From positions 72,339-136,338 of the forward strand of contig CAVZJO010000002.1 in the NCBI GenBank assembly GCA_963775635.1: a stretch of 64,000 nucleotides of DNA. Reading direction: 5' to 3'. The stretch's first letter is position 1, and each line of letters begins with the position of its first letter. Shown in pieces: positions 25,223 to 37,714 of the stretch. The notes under the pieces were generated by a model. That model was not told the DNA's origin. It saw only the letters and a program-made list of their open reading frames with translations, and ran no database searches. The position numbers and the translations under genes are program-made. The stretch comes from an uncultured beta proteobacterium. Lineage in GTDB: Bacteria; Pseudomonadota; Gammaproteobacteria; Burkholderiales; Burkholderiaceae_F.

Positions 25223-25975
25223 ATGTCAGTGACCATGCGTCAAATGCTGGAGGCCGGTGTGCACTTCGGCCACCAGACCCGCTTCTGGAACCCGAAGATG
25301 GCGCCGTACATCTTCGGCCACCGCAACAAGATCCACATCATCAATCTGGAGCGCACGCTCGAGCAGTTCAACGACGCCACGCGCTTCGTGCGGCAGCTGG
25401 CCACCAACCGCGGCACCATCCTGTTCGTCGGGACCAAGCGTCAGGCGCGCGAGATCATCGTCGAAGAAGCCCAGCGGGCCGGCGTGCCCCATGTCGACCA
25501 GCGCTGGCTGGGCGGCATGCTGACCAACTTCAAGACGGTCAAGGTCTCCATCAAGCGCCTGAAGGAGATGGAGCAGATCATCGCCGACAACGGCACCGAG
25601 CGCATGACCAAGAAGGAAGCGCTCGATTTCTCGCGCGAGGCCGAGAAGCTCAACAAGTCGATAGGTGGCATCAAGGACATGAACGCGCTTCCCGATGCGC
25701 TGTTCGTGATCGACGTCGGCTATCACAAGATCGCCGTACAGGAAGCGACCAAGCTGGGCATTCCGGTGGTTGCGGTGGTCGACACCAATCACTCGCCCGA
25801 AGGCGTGGCCTATGTGATTCCTGGTAACGACGACTCGAGTCGTGCGGTGCGCCTGTACGCGCGCGGCATCGCTGACGCCGTGCTTGAAGGCAAGGCCGCC
25901 GCGCTGCAGGGCGTCGTCCAGGCCGTCAGAGGCGGCGAAGGGGAGTTCGTCGAAGTCAGTGAGGACCAGGAGTAG
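25223..25975 (+). CDS. rpsB: 30S ribosomal protein S2
   Basis: Start is [26 protein letters not shown] at ATG 25223, after GGAGAAAG. Confidence 0.9.
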   Translation: MSVTMRQMLEAGVHFGHQTRFWNPKMAPYIFGHRNKIHIINLERTLEQFNDATRFVRQLATNRGTILFVGTKRQAREIIVEEAQRAGVPHVDQRWLGGMLTNFKTVKVSIKRLKEMEQIIADNGTERMTKKEALDFSREAEKLNKSIGGIKDMNALPDALFVIDVGYHKIAVQEATKLGIPVVAVVDTNHSPEGVAYVIPGNDDSSRAVRLYARGIADAVLEGKAAALQGVVQAVRGGEGEFVEVSEDQE

Positions 25976-25996
25976 GTCGCCGACGGTGTTTAGAAG

Positions 25997-26018
25997 AAGG
26001 GGCGGAAGCCCCTTTTTT
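25997..26018 (+). terminator. intrinsic terminator/attenuator hairpin between rpsB and tsf
   Basis: AAGGGGC-GGAA-GCCCCTT stem-loop followed by a T-run (ccTTTTTTcg). Confidence 0.6.
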
Positions 26019-26050
26019 CGATGGACAGATCAACAGTGCAGGAGCAGTGA

Positions 26051-27683
<1,633 letters not shown>

Positions 27684-27705
27684 CGGCGAATAGGAAGGAG
27701 AGCCG

Positions 27706-28266
27706 ATGAACATTGCCGAAATCCAGAAGAGCACCGAACAGAAGATGCAGAAGTCGGTGGACGCGCTGAAGGCGGATCTGACGAAGATAAGGACCGGTCG
27801 CGCGCACACCGGACTGCTCGATCACATCCAGGTCGACTACTACGGCTCGATGGTGCCGATCGCCCAGGTGGCGCAGGTCGGCCTTGGCGATGCGCGAACC
27901 ATCACCGTGCAGCCGTGGGAAAAGAAGATGATCCCGATCGTGGAGAAGGCGATCCGCGACTCCGACCTCGGGCTGAACCCGGCAACGTCGGGTGACATCG
28001 TTCGGGTCCCGATGCCGGTCTTGACGGAGCAGCGCCGCAAGGAACTGGTCAAGGTCGTCAAGCACGAGGGTGAGAACGCCAAAATCGCGGTGCGTAACCT
28101 GCGGCGCGACGCCAACCACCACGTGAAGGAAATGCTCAAGGCCAAGTCGATTTCCGAGGACGACGACCGGCGCGCGGAGGAAGCGATCCAGAAGATGACA
28201 GACCGTTTCGTCGGCGAAGTCGACAAGCTGATAGCGGAGAAGGAAAAGGAGGTTCTGACCGTCTGA
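27706..28266 (+). CDS. frr: ribosome recycling factor
   Basis: 186 aa with a typical RRF sequence ([23 protein letters not shown]). Confidence 0.9.
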   Translation: MNIAEIQKSTEQKMQKSVDALKADLTKIRTGRAHTGLLDHIQVDYYGSMVPIAQVAQVGLGDARTITVQPWEKKMIPIVEKAIRDSDLGLNPATSGDIVRVPMPVLTEQRRKELVKVVKHEGENAKIAVRNLRRDANHHVKEMLKAKSISEDDDRRAEEAIQKMTDRFVGEVDKLIAEKEKEVLTV

Positions 28267-28285
28267 CCGCGGTCGGAGCTCGATC

Positions 28286-29062
28286 GTGGCCAGGGATTTG
28301 AACCCCGATTCGACGGCAGCCGGCGTGCGCATGCCGCGCCACGTCGCCATCATCATGGACGGCAACGGGCGCTGGGCGGTGTCGCGCGGCAAGTTGCGTG
28401 TGGCCGGCCATACGCGCGGCGTCGATGCCGTGCGCGCGACGCTGGCCGCGTGCGGCGAGCGCGGGATCGAGTACCTGACGCTGTTTGCTTTCAGTTCAGA
28501 GAACTGGCGCCGTCCGGCCGATGAAGTGACGACGCTGATGCGCTTGTTCATGGCCGCGTTGCAGCGCGAGGTCGACAAGCTGGTTGAACTCGGCGTGCGA
28601 ATGCGCATCGTCGGGGACCTCGGCGCATTCGACGGCGAGTTGCGCCGATTGATCGACGAGTCCGAGCGCCGCACGGAACACAATCGCCGGCTGCACCTCA
28701 CCGTGTGCGCGAACTACGGTGGTCGCTGGGACATCGCCCAGGCGGCCGGGCGCGCCGCCCGAGAGCAGCTGGCATCCGGCGGCGAGGTGCTTATCGATGA
28801 AGCGGCCATCGCCAGCCGAATGGCGCTAGCCTTTGCTCCCGATCCCGACCTGCTGATCCGCACTGGCGGGGAGCGTCGCGTCAGTAACTTCCTGCTGTGG
28901 CAACTCGCTTATAGCGAGCTTTATTTCAGCGACGTGCTATGGCCCGATTTCGACGCCGCCGAGCTCGACGCCGCGCTGCTCTGGTATTCCGGCCGTCAGC
29001 GGCGCTTCGGCATGACCAGCGCACAGGTCGAAGCCGAGCCATCTATCAGCGACGCCGCCTGA
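28286..29062 (+). CDS. uppS: isoprenyl transferase (undecaprenyl-diphosphate synthase)
   Basis: [24 protein letters not shown] and [21 protein letters not shown] motifs. GTG start after GGAG. Confidence 0.85.
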   Translation: MARDLNPDSTAAGVRMPRHVAIIMDGNGRWAVSRGKLRVAGHTRGVDAVRATLAACGERGIEYLTLFAFSSENWRRPADEVTTLMRLFMAALQREVDKLVELGVRMRIVGDLGAFDGELRRLIDESERRTEHNRRLHLTVCANYGGRWDIAQAAGRAAREQLASGGEVLIDEAAIASRMALAFAPDPDLLIRTGGERRVSNFLLWQLAYSELYFSDVLWPDFDAAELDAALLWYSGRQRRFGMTSAQVEAEPSISDAA

Positions 29063-29072
29063 GGTTGCGCGC

Positions 29073-29906
29073 GTGCTCAAGCAGCGCGTCCTCACCGCAC
29101 TCGTGCTCGTCGCGGCGCTGCTCGCGTCGCTGGCGTGGTCGCCGCTGGCTTTCGCCGCGCTGATCACGCTTGGGCTGGCGATCGCACAGGCCGAATGGTT
29201 GAACTTGTCCGGCTGGCCGTTCGGCCGAGCGTTGATGGTTACCGTGGCTGCCGGTATCGGGCTGCTGTATGTACTGACCGTTCGGCCGCTGTGGGTCGAG
29301 CAGGCCAGCGTGCCGCTCGCTATCCTGGCGACGGTGGCATGGGTCGCCATCGCTGTCATGCTGCTGAGGTCCGGACGACCAGGCGGTGTGCGCATCGAAC
29401 CGCCGGTTTCGACGCCGTTGGCGTTCCTGCTGCCGCTGGCGGCCTGGTGCGCGCTGATGCTCTTCCTGCGAGCGGGTGTGTTGCTGCTGGTCTCGGTCCT
29501 GCTGATCGTGTGGTTGGCGGATACCGCCGCGTATTTCGCCGGACGCGCGTTCGGCCGCAGCAAACTGGCCCCGCACATCAGCCCCGGCAAGACGTGGGCC
29601 GGCGTTTGGGGTGCCATGCTGGGCGTGGCGCTTGCCGCGATCGCCGCATGGATGGCATGGCCGGGAGCGCCGCTCTACACCAGCCGGATGCTGGAGGTGT
29701 ACGGTGTACCACTCGCGCTCGTGATGTTCGCCGGATTGGTGGCCATCTCAATCGTTGGAGACCTGTTCGAAAGCCTGCTGAAGCGGCAGGCCGGCGCGAA
29801 GGACAGCGGCCAGTTGTTGCCCGGGCACGGCGGCTTCTACGATCGGATTGATTCGATGCTTGCGTTGTTGCCTGCTGCCGCGCTGCTATGGAGTGTCGCC
29901 ACCTGA
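29073..29906 (+). CDS. cdsA: phosphatidate cytidylyltransferase
   Basis: 277 aa, polytopic, with the CDS signature region [28 protein letters not shown]. Confidence 0.85.
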   Translation: MLKQRVLTALVLVAALLASLAWSPLAFAALITLGLAIAQAEWLNLSGWPFGRALMVTVAAGIGLLYVLTVRPLWVEQASVPLAILATVAWVAIAVMLLRSGRPGGVRIEPPVSTPLAFLLPLAAWCALMLFLRAGVLLLVSVLLIVWLADTAAYFAGRAFGRSKLAPHISPGKTWAGVWGAMLGVALAAIAAWMAWPGAPLYTSRMLEVYGVPLALVMFAGLVAISIVGDLFESLLKRQAGAKDSGQLLPGHGGFYDRIDSMLALLPAAALLWSVAT

Positions 29907-31069
29907 TGCGTACCGTCACCATCCTGGGAGCGACCGGATCGATCGGGGGAAGCGCGCTCGATGTCATCGCGCGCCATCCCGATCGTTACCGCGTGCATGC
30001 GTTAACGGCGCAGAGCCGCGTCGAGGAACTGGCCGACCTCGCCAGTCGTTTCGATGCGGCGGTCGCGGTGATCGGCGACCGTGCGCTCGAGCCCGCGCTA
30101 CGCGCCGCGCTGAAGGAACGCGGCGCAGCGGCGGTGGCTCGCTCGGGCGCGGCGGCACTGGTCGAGATCGCCGCGGCTGACGAAGCCGACACCGTGCTGG
30201 CCGCGATCGTCGGCGCTGCGGGGCTGATGTCCACTCTGGCCGCCGCGCACGCCGGCAAGCGCGTGCTACTGGCGAACAAGGAGGCAATCGTCTGTGCCGG
30301 ACGATTGCTGCTGTCGGCGCTCGATGCGGCGGGCGGCGAACTGCTGCCGGTCGACAGTGAGCACAACGCGATCCACCAGTGCCTGTCCGGCGCGAGCGTC
30401 GACCAGCGCGCGCGAGCCCGGCTGGTGCTGACGGCATCGGGGGGTCCATTCCTTCGGCGCAGCGACCTGGACGCGGTGACGCCCGATGAAGCCTGCGCGC
30501 ATCCTAACTGGGTGATGGGGCGCAAGATTTCGGTGGACTCCGCAACGCTGATGAACAAGGGTCTCGAGGTGATCGAGGCGAGCTGGTTGTTCGGCGTGTC
30601 GGCCGACCGTATCGATGTCGTGATCCATCCGCAAAGCGTGATCCATTCCATGGTCGAATTTCCCGACGGCTCGGTGCTCGCCCAGATGGGATCGCCCGAC
30701 ATGCGTACGCCACTCGCGTATGCGCTGGCCTATCCGGAGCGGATCGACAGCGGCGCGCGACGGCTGGAGTTCAGTCAACTCGGCGCGCTGACGTTCGAGG
30801 CGCCCGATCGCACGCGCTTTCCTTGTCTCGGTTACGCCTACGAGGCGCTGCGAGCTGGCGGAGCGGCGTCGGCAGTGCTCAATGCGGCCAACGAAATCGC
30901 AGTCGAGGCGTTCCTGCAGCGGCGCCTTCCCTTCACCGAGATCGCGCCGACCATTGAACAGGTGCTTTCGGACTACCAGCCCGCTGCGCCGGTGAGCGTC
31001 GAGGAAGTACTCGATATCGACCGGTCGACGCGTGAAAGGGCGACGCGGCGCATTGCCGCACACGCCTAA
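29906..31069 (+). CDS. dxr: 1-deoxy-D-xylulose-5-phosphate reductoisomerase
   Basis: Start is [16 protein letters not shown] at ATG 29906, sharing 1 nt with the cdsA stop. [15 protein letters not shown] and NKGLEVIEA motifs. Confidence 0.9.
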   Translation: MRTVTILGATGSIGGSALDVIARHPDRYRVHALTAQSRVEELADLASRFDAAVAVIGDRALEPALRAALKERGAAAVARSGAAALVEIAAADEADTVLAAIVGAAGLMSTLAAAHAGKRVLLANKEAIVCAGRLLLSALDAAGGELLPVDSEHNAIHQCLSGASVDQRARARLVLTASGGPFLRRSDLDAVTPDEACAHPNWVMGRKISVDSATLMNKGLEVIEASWLFGVSADRIDVVIHPQSVIHSMVEFPDGSVLAQMGSPDMRTPLAYALAYPERIDSGARRLEFSQLGALTFEAPDRTRFPCLGYAYEALRAGGAASAVLNAANEIAVEAFLQRRLPFTEIAPTIEQVLSDYQPAAPVSVEEVLDIDRSTRERATRRIAAHA

Positions 31070-31078
31070 GGACAGACG

Positions 31079-32431
31079 ATGAATTTGCTGACGACGCTGG
31101 TGGCGTTTCTTGTGACTCTCGGGCTCCTGATCGTCATCCACGAGCTGGGTCACTATTGGGTCGCCCGCTGGTGCGGTGTCAAGGTGCTGCGTTTCTCGAT
31201 CGGTTTCGGCCGACCGATCGCACGGTGGACTCGCGGACCCGACCGCACCGAGTGGGTGGTGTCCGCGCTTCCGCTCGGTGGCTACGTCCGGATGCTCGAC
31301 GAGCGCGATCCCGATGCGGGTCCGGTGTCCGCGGCCGAACTGCCGCGCGCATTCAATCGACAGAGCGTCGGCAAGCGCATCGCCATTGTGCTGGCCGGGC
31401 CGATGGCCAACCTGCTGCTCGCTGTCGCGGTCTACTGGGTGCTCAATGTCGTGGGGGTCTACGAGCCGCGAGCAACGCTGGGGACTCCGCCGGCGGCGAC
31501 CGCGGCGGCGCAGGCCGGAGTGCGTTCCGGCGACACGGTGACCGAGGTCGACGGCGCGGCGGTCCGCTCGTGGAACGAACTGCGCTGGCTGCTGCTGCAG
31601 AAAGCGGTCGACCGAGGGCCGATCGCGATCGCGGTCGAGGGCGCCGACCGGCAAGCCCGGACGATGGTGCTTGAACCGGGGGAGCTGAGTGCCGCTGATC
31701 TGGAGTCCGACGTGGTGGCGCGGCTCGGCATCGTGTCCTACAGCGGCGCGCCGCGAGTCGCGCGTCTGAGTCCGGACGGCGTAGCTGCTCAGGCGGGCCT
31801 GCGTGTCGGCGACACGATCGTCGAGGTCGATGGAAGCGAGGTGGCCTCCGCCCGCGAGTTGATCGAGCGCATACGCGCGGCAGCCGGCAAGCCGCTGACG
31901 CTGAGCCTCGAGCGCGACGGAGGCACGACGGAACTCACGCTGACGCCACTGCGCGTCGTCGACGAGCAGGGCAACCCGATCGGACGCATCGGCGCCGAAC
32001 TCAACGATCGTGCGCCGCTGATCAAGGTGCAATACGGTCCGATCGAGAGCGTCGGCCTCGCGGTCGACAAGACGTGGGACACAGCAATCTTCTCGCTGCG
32101 CATGCTCGGCAAGATGATCACCGGCGAAGCGTCATGGAGAAACCTGTCGGGACCGGTGACCATCGCCGACTACGCCGGCCAGACCGCGCGCATCGGCACC
32201 GCGGCGTTCTTGAGTTTTCTTGCTCTCGTATCGATCAGTCTCGCAGTGCTCAACCTGCTGCCGGTTCCGCTGCTCGATGGCGGACACTTACTGTATTATT
32301 TGATCGAGATTCTCAAGGGCAGTCCGCCAGCTGATTGGGTCATCGAGTGGGGGCAGCGCGCCGGAGTGGTGCTGCTGGGCCTGCTCACCATGCTGGCGCT
32401 CTACAACGACCTGATAAGGCTGCTCTCCTGA
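31079..32431 (+). CDS. rseP: RIP zinc metalloprotease RseP
   Basis: 450 aa. HELGHY zinc motif, PDZ regions and a C-terminal NLLPVPLLDGGH motif. Confidence 0.9.
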   Translation: MNLLTTLVAFLVTLGLLIVIHELGHYWVARWCGVKVLRFSIGFGRPIARWTRGPDRTEWVVSALPLGGYVRMLDERDPDAGPVSAAELPRAFNRQSVGKRIAIVLAGPMANLLLAVAVYWVLNVVGVYEPRATLGTPPAATAAAQAGVRSGDTVTEVDGAAVRSWNELRWLLLQKAVDRGPIAIAVEGADRQARTMVLEPGELSAADLESDVVARLGIVSYSGAPRVARLSPDGVAAQAGLRVGDTIVEVDGSEVASARELIERIRAAAGKPLTLSLERDGGTTELTLTPLRVVDEQGNPIGRIGAELNDRAPLIKVQYGPIESVGLAVDKTWDTAIFSLRMLGKMITGEASWRNLSGPVTIADYAGQTARIGTAAFLSFLALVSISLAVLNLLPVPLLDGGHLLYYLIEILKGSPPADWVIEWGQRAGVVLLGLLTMLALYNDLIRLLS

Positions 32432-32456
32432 CCCCGGCATGATAGGAAACTGAGAG

Positions 32457-34859
32457 TTGGATCGCCGCGTGTTATCCCGACGCAGCGTGCCCGTTGCGTT
32501 GCGCCGCGTCGCCGCGGCGGTCCTCGCAGCCACCTGCCTCGGCGTTAACGCGCAGGAGTTCGTCGTACGCGACATTCGCGTCGAAGGCATCCAGAGGACC
32601 GAGGCGGGGACGGTCTTCACCTATCTCCCGGTCCGTGTCGGCGATCGCTTCGATCCCGAGCGCGGCACGCAGGCCATCCGCGCGCTGTATGCGAGCGGAC
32701 TGTTCAAGGACGTGCGCCTCGAAGTCGATGGCGACGTGCTGGTCGTGATCGTCGACGAACGTCCCGCGATCGCGACGGTCGACTTGAGCGGCGTCAAGGA
32801 ATTCGAGAAGGACCAGGTTCTGAAGTCGCTGCGCGATGTCGGACTGGCCGACGGCCGCATCTTCGATCGTTCACTGCTGGAACGCGCTGAGCAGGAACTG
32901 CGGCGGCAATATCTTTCGCGCGGCCTTTACGGTGCCCAGATCAAGACGACCGTTACGCCGATCGAGCGCAATCGGGTCAACATCTCGATCGCGGTCGACG
33001 AAGGCGAGATCGCCAAGATCCACTCGATCGAATTCACCGGCAATCGGATTTTCAGCGACCGTACGCTGCGCACGCAAATGGAGCTGTCGACTCCGAACTG
33101 GCTAAGCTGGTACACCAAGCGCGACCAGTATTCACGCCAGAAGCTCGGCGCCGACCTGGAAACGATCCGCTCGTACTACCTTAACCGCGGCTACCTCGAT
33201 TTCCGCATCGATTCGGTCAACGTCACCATTACCCCGGACAAGAAGGACATTGCGGTCACCATCAACGTGTTCGAGGGGGAGCGCTACACGGTGTCCGGTG
33301 TCAAGCTGTCCGGCGAGCTGCTCGGGCTCGACGAGGAATTGAAACCGCTGATCACGGTTCAACCGGGAGCGGTCTATAACGCCGAACAGATCAACGCCAT
33401 CGCGAAGCGGGTCACCGACCGCATGAGCACGCTGGGCTACGCGTTCGCCTCGGCGAATCCGGTGCCCGACGCGAATCGCGAAACGCGTGAAGTCGCATTC
33501 ACCATCATTGTCGATCCCGGCCGGCGCGTTTACGTGCGACGCGTCAACATTGCCGGCAACACGCGCACGAAGGACGAGGTGATTCGTCGCGAGATGCGCC
33601 AATACGAGTCCGGGTGGTTTGATTCCGACCGCGTTCGCCTGTCCAAGGAGCGCCTCGACCGCCTCGGATACTTCGAAACCGTCACGGTCGACACGCCTGC
33701 CGTGCCGACGGCACCCGACCAGGTCGACGTCAATGTCACGGTCAAGGAGCGTGCCACCGGCAACATCCAGCTCGGTGCCGGCTACTCGAGTTCCGAGGGG
33801 CTCGTGCTCACCGCAGGGCTTTCGCAGCAGAACCTGTTCGGCGGCGGCAACGCGCTGGCATTCGAGGTCAACACCAGCAAGTCCAACACGGTGTTCTCGA
33901 TCACCCATACCGACCCGTTCGTGACGCCGGAAGGTATCAGCCGGACGCTCGAGGTGTACTGGCGTGATTCGGACCTGGCCGAACTGGGGCTGGCAAGCGT
34001 CGGTTACGCGACGCGGGGCGCCGGACTTGTCTATGGCCTGCCGTTCACCGAATACGACCGCGTCTTCCTCGGTCTGCGTTACGAAGGCACGACGATCGAC
34101 CTGACGCCCGTGTCGCCGCCGCGCTACATCGAGTACGTGCAGGACTTCGGCGAGACGTCGGACGCGCTGGCGCTAACCGTCGGATGGTCGAGCGACAGCC
34201 GAGACAGCCTGCTGGTACCGACGCGCGGGCGATTCCAGCGCGCATTTGGCGAGTTCGCTGTGCCGCCGCTCGACCTCGAGTATTACCGCCTGACCTACCA
34301 GTTCCAGCAGTTCTTCCCGATCACGAACCTGATCACGTTCGCGTTCAACACCGAACTCGGTTATGGCAACGGCTACGGCGGCAAGCCGTATCCGTTCTTC
34401 AAGAACTTCTATGTCGGGGGCATCGGCAGCGTGCGTGGCTTCGAGGCCGCATCGCTCGGCCCGCGCGACATCTATGGCGATCCGCTCGGGGGCACGCGCC
34501 GCTTCAACGCCACATTCGAGACGCTGCTGCCGATTCCGGGCGCTGACCGCACCCTGCGTGCCGCGGTGTTCGTTGACATGGGGCAGGTATGGGGTCCAGG
34601 TTGCAACGGCGTCTACGTGGTTCCGCCTTTCACCGACCCGAACGATGTGCTGATAAACCCGGCCAACTACTGCACGGAGGGGCCGTACTACGGCGACACC
34701 GCCTATGTCGACGTGGGCCTGATTCGCTATTCGGCGGGCATCGGCCTGTCGTGGATCTCGCCGCTCGGTCCGTTGCGGCTTTCGTACGCGTATCCGCTGA
34801 ATTCGAAACCGTGGGATCGCATCCAGCGGTTCCAGTTCCAGATCGGCGCGGGCTTCTGA
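32457..34859 (+). CDS. bamA: outer membrane protein assembly factor BamA
   Basis: 800 aa. Signal peptide, POTRA repeats (IRVEGIQRTEAGTV...) and a C-terminal beta-barrel ending ...FQFQIGAGF. Confidence 0.9.
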   Translation: MDRRVLSRRSVPVALRRVAAAVLAATCLGVNAQEFVVRDIRVEGIQRTEAGTVFTYLPVRVGDRFDPERGTQAIRALYASGLFKDVRLEVDGDVLVVIVDERPAIATVDLSGVKEFEKDQVLKSLRDVGLADGRIFDRSLLERAEQELRRQYLSRGLYGAQIKTTVTPIERNRVNISIAVDEGEIAKIHSIEFTGNRIFSDRTLRTQMELSTPNWLSWYTKRDQYSRQKLGADLETIRSYYLNRGYLDFRIDSVNVTITPDKKDIAVTINVFEGERYTVSGVKLSGELLGLDEELKPLITVQPGAVYNAEQINAIAKRVTDRMSTLGYAFASANPVPDANRETREVAFTIIVDPGRRVYVRRVNIAGNTRTKDEVIRREMRQYESGWFDSDRVRLSKERLDRLGYFETVTVDTPAVPTAPDQVDVNVTVKERATGNIQLGAGYSSSEGLVLTAGLSQQNLFGGGNALAFEVNTSKSNTVFSITHTDPFVTPEGISRTLEVYWRDSDLAELGLASVGYATRGAGLVYGLPFTEYDRVFLGLRYEGTTIDLTPVSPPRYIEYVQDFGETSDALALTVGWSSDSRDSLLVPTRGRFQRAFGEFAVPPLDLEYYRLTYQFQQFFPITNLITFAFNTELGYGNGYGGKPYPFFKNFYVGGIGSVRGFEAASLGPRDIYGDPLGGTRRFNATFETLLPIPGADRTLRAAVFVDMGQVWGPGCNGVYVVPPFTDPNDVLINPANYCTEGPYYGDTAYVDVGLIRYSAGIGLSWISPLGPLRLSYAYPLNSKPWDRIQRFQFQIGAGF

Positions 34860-34899
34860 TGTGGCAGAATTCCTCGCTTCGATTTAGGCAGGACAACCT

Positions 34900-35403
34900 A
34901 TGACCCAGTGGCTTGCGGCAGCGGCCGCAGTGGCGTTTCTTGCTGCTTCGCCGTTCGCTGGCGCGCAAGAGCTGAAGATCGGCGTCGTCAATTCCGATCG
35001 CATCCTGCGTGACTCGCAGCCGGCGCGCGCCGCCATGCAGAAGCTCGAGGTCGAGTTCTCCAAACGCGACAAAGACATGCAGGAAATGGGCGCGCGTCTA
35101 AAGGCTTCGGCCGAGCGCTTCGAGAAGGATGGCCCGGTCATGTCGGAAAGCGACCGCCTGCGCCGTCAGCGCGAGCTGGCTGAGATGGATCGCGAGTTCC
35201 AGCGCAAGCAGCGCGAGTTCCGCGAGGACTTCAACCAGCGCCGCAACGAGGAACTGCAGGGACTGCTCGAGCGCACCAACCGCATCATCCGGCAGTTGGC
35301 CGAGCAGGAGAAGTACGACCTGATCGTTCAGGAAGCGGTCTACTTCAATCCCCGCATCGACATCACCGAACGGGTCCTGCGCGCGCTTAACGCCGCCAAG
35401 TAG
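34900..35403 (+). CDS. skp: OmpH/Skp family periplasmic chaperone
   Basis: 167 aa. Signal peptide, then a charged coiled region. Sits in the conserved position between bamA and lpxD. Confidence 0.8.
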   Translation: MTQWLAAAAAVAFLAASPFAGAQELKIGVVNSDRILRDSQPARAAMQKLEVEFSKRDKDMQEMGARLKASAERFEKDGPVMSESDRLRRQRELAEMDREFQRKQREFREDFNQRRNEELQGLLERTNRIIRQLAEQEKYDLIVQEAVYFNPRIDITERVLRALNAAK

Positions 35404-35407
35404 GCCA

Positions 35408-36480
35408 ATGCCCGGCGGACTGTCACTGTCTGAGCTGACAGCCGCCATCGCTGAACGTACCGGCGGCCGGCTGCAGGCAACCATCCGCGGGGACGCTGCG
35501 CGGCGTGTGACTGCGGTTGCGCCGCTCACCGCTGCCGCAGCGAGCGATCTCACCTTCCTTGCCAATCCGCGTTACCGCCGCGACGCGGCAGCGACACGCG
35601 CCGGTGCGCTCGTCTTAGGCCCGGCGGACGCCCAGGCGCTCGCAGACAGCGCGGCGCCCGGTGCGTCGCTCGTGATCGTCGAGCCGCCGTATGCGTGGTT
35701 CGCCCTCGCGGCGGACCTGCTGCACCCGGCGAGGCCCGCGCAAGCCGGCATTGCACCTACTGCCTGCGTGGATGCCAGCGCGCGCATCGATGCGACCGCC
35801 TGCATTGGCGCCGGCGCGGTGATCGGCGCGGGTGCACACGTCGACGCCGGGGCCGTAATCGACGCCGGTGCGGTGCTGGGAGCTGGTGCGCGGATTGGCC
35901 AGAGACGCATCTATATCCGCGCGCGGTCGTGCTCGATGACTGCGTGATGGGAGAGCGCTGCATCGTGCACAGCGGAGCGGTGATCGGCGCCGACGGCTTC
36001 GGCTTTGCGCCTCTCGATGGCCGCTGGTTAAAGATTCCACAAGTCGGGCGGGTGGTCATTGGGGATGATGTCGAAATCGGCGCCAACACCACGATCGATC
36101 GAGGCACGATGGGTGACACCGTGATCGAATCCGGTGTCAAGCTCGACAACCAGATCCAGATCGGGCACAACTGCTTCGTGGGTGCGAACACCGTGATCGC
36201 CGGGTGCGTCGGCGTTGCCGGCAGTGCGCACATCGGCCGCAATTGCATGATCGGAGGTGCTGCCGGTATCGCCGGCCACTTATCGATCGCCGATGGATGC
36301 GTGATCGGACCGGCCACGGTCGTCTCGGGCTCGATCGATGTGCCCGGGCATTACACGGGATTCTTCCCAATCATGAAGAATCGGGACTTTGAAAAGTCGG
36401 CGGCGATCGTCCGCCAGCTCGACGATCTGCGGAAGCGGGTGCGAGAACTCGAAGCGCAGCGCAGGGGAGACAAGAAATGA
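35408..36480 (+). pseudogene. lpxD: UDP-3-O-acylglucosamine N-acyltransferase, frame-disrupted (-1 nt near 35897-35903)
   Basis: The N-part (ORF 35408..35947) and C-part (ORF 35695..36480, from ...[35 protein letters not shown]) are collinear LpxD halves in different frames. The span is 1073 nt, which is 3n-1. Confidence 0.75.
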
Positions 36481-36926
36481 AACTGGATATCAATCAGATC
36501 CTGGCGCTGATGCCGCATCGGTACCCCATCTTGCTCGTCGACCGGGTGCTGGAACTCGAACCAGGTGTGCGCATCAGCGCCGTCAAGAACGTGTCGTTCA
36601 ACGAGCACTTCTTCCAGGGGCACTTCCCGGGTCATCCGGTGATGCCGGGCGTACTGATCATCGAGGCGCTGGCGCAGGCGGCCGCGGTGCTGACCTACGT
36701 GACGATGAAGACGTCGTATCCGGAAGGGACGCTATTCCTGTTTGCCGGCATCGATGGCGCACGCTTCAAGCGGCCGGTCGAACCGGGCGACCGCCTGCAG
36801 CTCGAGGTCACGATGGACCGGGTCAAGCGCGGCGTCGGCAAGTTCACCGGCCGCGCGCTGGTCGACGGCGAGGTCGTCTGCGAGACGACGATGATGTGCG
36901 CGCTGCACAAGGCGAAGGAAGAGTAG
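36477..36926 (+). CDS. fabZ: 3-hydroxyacyl-ACP dehydratase FabZ
   Basis: 149 aa. [13 protein letters not shown] and [16 protein letters not shown] motifs. ATGA overlap with the lpxD stop. Confidence 0.9.
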   Translation: MKLDINQILALMPHRYPILLVDRVLELEPGVRISAVKNVSFNEHFFQGHFPGHPVMPGVLIIEALAQAAAVLTYVTMKTSYPEGTLFLFAGIDGARFKRPVEPGDRLQLEVTMDRVKRGVGKFTGRALVDGEVVCETTMMCALHKAKEE

Positions 36927-37714
36927 TGCCGCGCATCCACGCGACCGCGATCGTCGACCCGCGCGCCGAACTGGCCGGCGACGTCGAGGTCGGCGCCTGC
37001 TGCGTCGTGGGACCCGCAGTGCGGATCGGCGCAGGCACATTACTCAAATCGCATGTCGTGATCGAAGGAAGAACCACCATCGGTCGCGGCAACCGCTTCT
37101 TCCCGTTCTGCTCGATCGGTGGCGCGCCGCAGGACAAGAAGTACGGCGGCGAGGACACCGAACTGGTGATCGGCGACGGCAACACCGTGCGCGAGTGCTG
37201 CACGATCAGCACGGGCACCGTGCAGGGCGGCGGGACGACGCGCATCGGATCCGACAACTGGATCATGGCGTACGCGCACATAGCCCACGACTGCCTGATC
37301 GGCGATCACGTGATCCTCGCCAACAACGCGACGCTGGCCGGGCACGTGACCCTGGGCGATTGGGCCATCATGGGCGGCATGTCGGCCATCCACCAGTTCT
37401 GCTCGATGGGCGCGCATTCGATGGCGGCCGGAGGGTCGATTGTGCTGCGCGATCTACCACCCTTCGTGATCTGCAGTGGCAATCCGGCTGAGCCGCACGG
37501 CATCAATACCGAGGGCCTGAAGCGCCGTGGCTTCACACCCGAAACCGTCAACCTGCTGCGTCGCGCCTACAAGACGCTGTACAAGGAAGGCCTGACGACG
37601 GCCGATGCGGTCCAGGCGCTCGCGGCGCTCGCAGCGGAGCATCCGGCAGCAGCGGAGGCCGTCGGCCTGCTGGGGGATTTCGTCCGGGACTCGCAGCGCG
37701 GCATCGTCCGCTAA
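36926..37714 (+). CDS. lpxA: acyl-ACP--UDP-N-acetylglucosamine O-acyltransferase
   Basis: GTG 36926 ([12 protein letters not shown]...) overlaps the fabZ stop. Hexapeptide repeats and an LpxA C-terminal domain. The 441-aa track ORF is an upstream read-through. Confidence 0.85.
   Translation: MPRIHATAIVDPRAELAGDVEVGACCVVGPAVRIGAGTLLKSHVVIEGRTTIGRGNRFFPFCSIGGAPQDKKYGGEDTELVIGDGNTVRECCTISTGTVQGGGTTRIGSDNWIMAYAHIAHDCLIGDHVILANNATLAGHVTLGDWAIMGGMSAIHQFCSMGAHSMAAGGSIVLRDLPPFVICSGNPAEPHGINTEGLKRRGFTPETVNLLRRAYKTLYKEGLTTADAVQALAALAAEHPAAAEAVGLLGDFVRDSQRGIVR

Noticed and set aside
36389-37714. 441-aa ORF suggesting a much longer LpxA.
   Set aside because: The first ~180 codons are an alternate frame of fabZ and the lpxD 3' end. 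LpxA homology begins at GTG 36926 ([10 protein letters not shown]), overlapping the fabZ stop.
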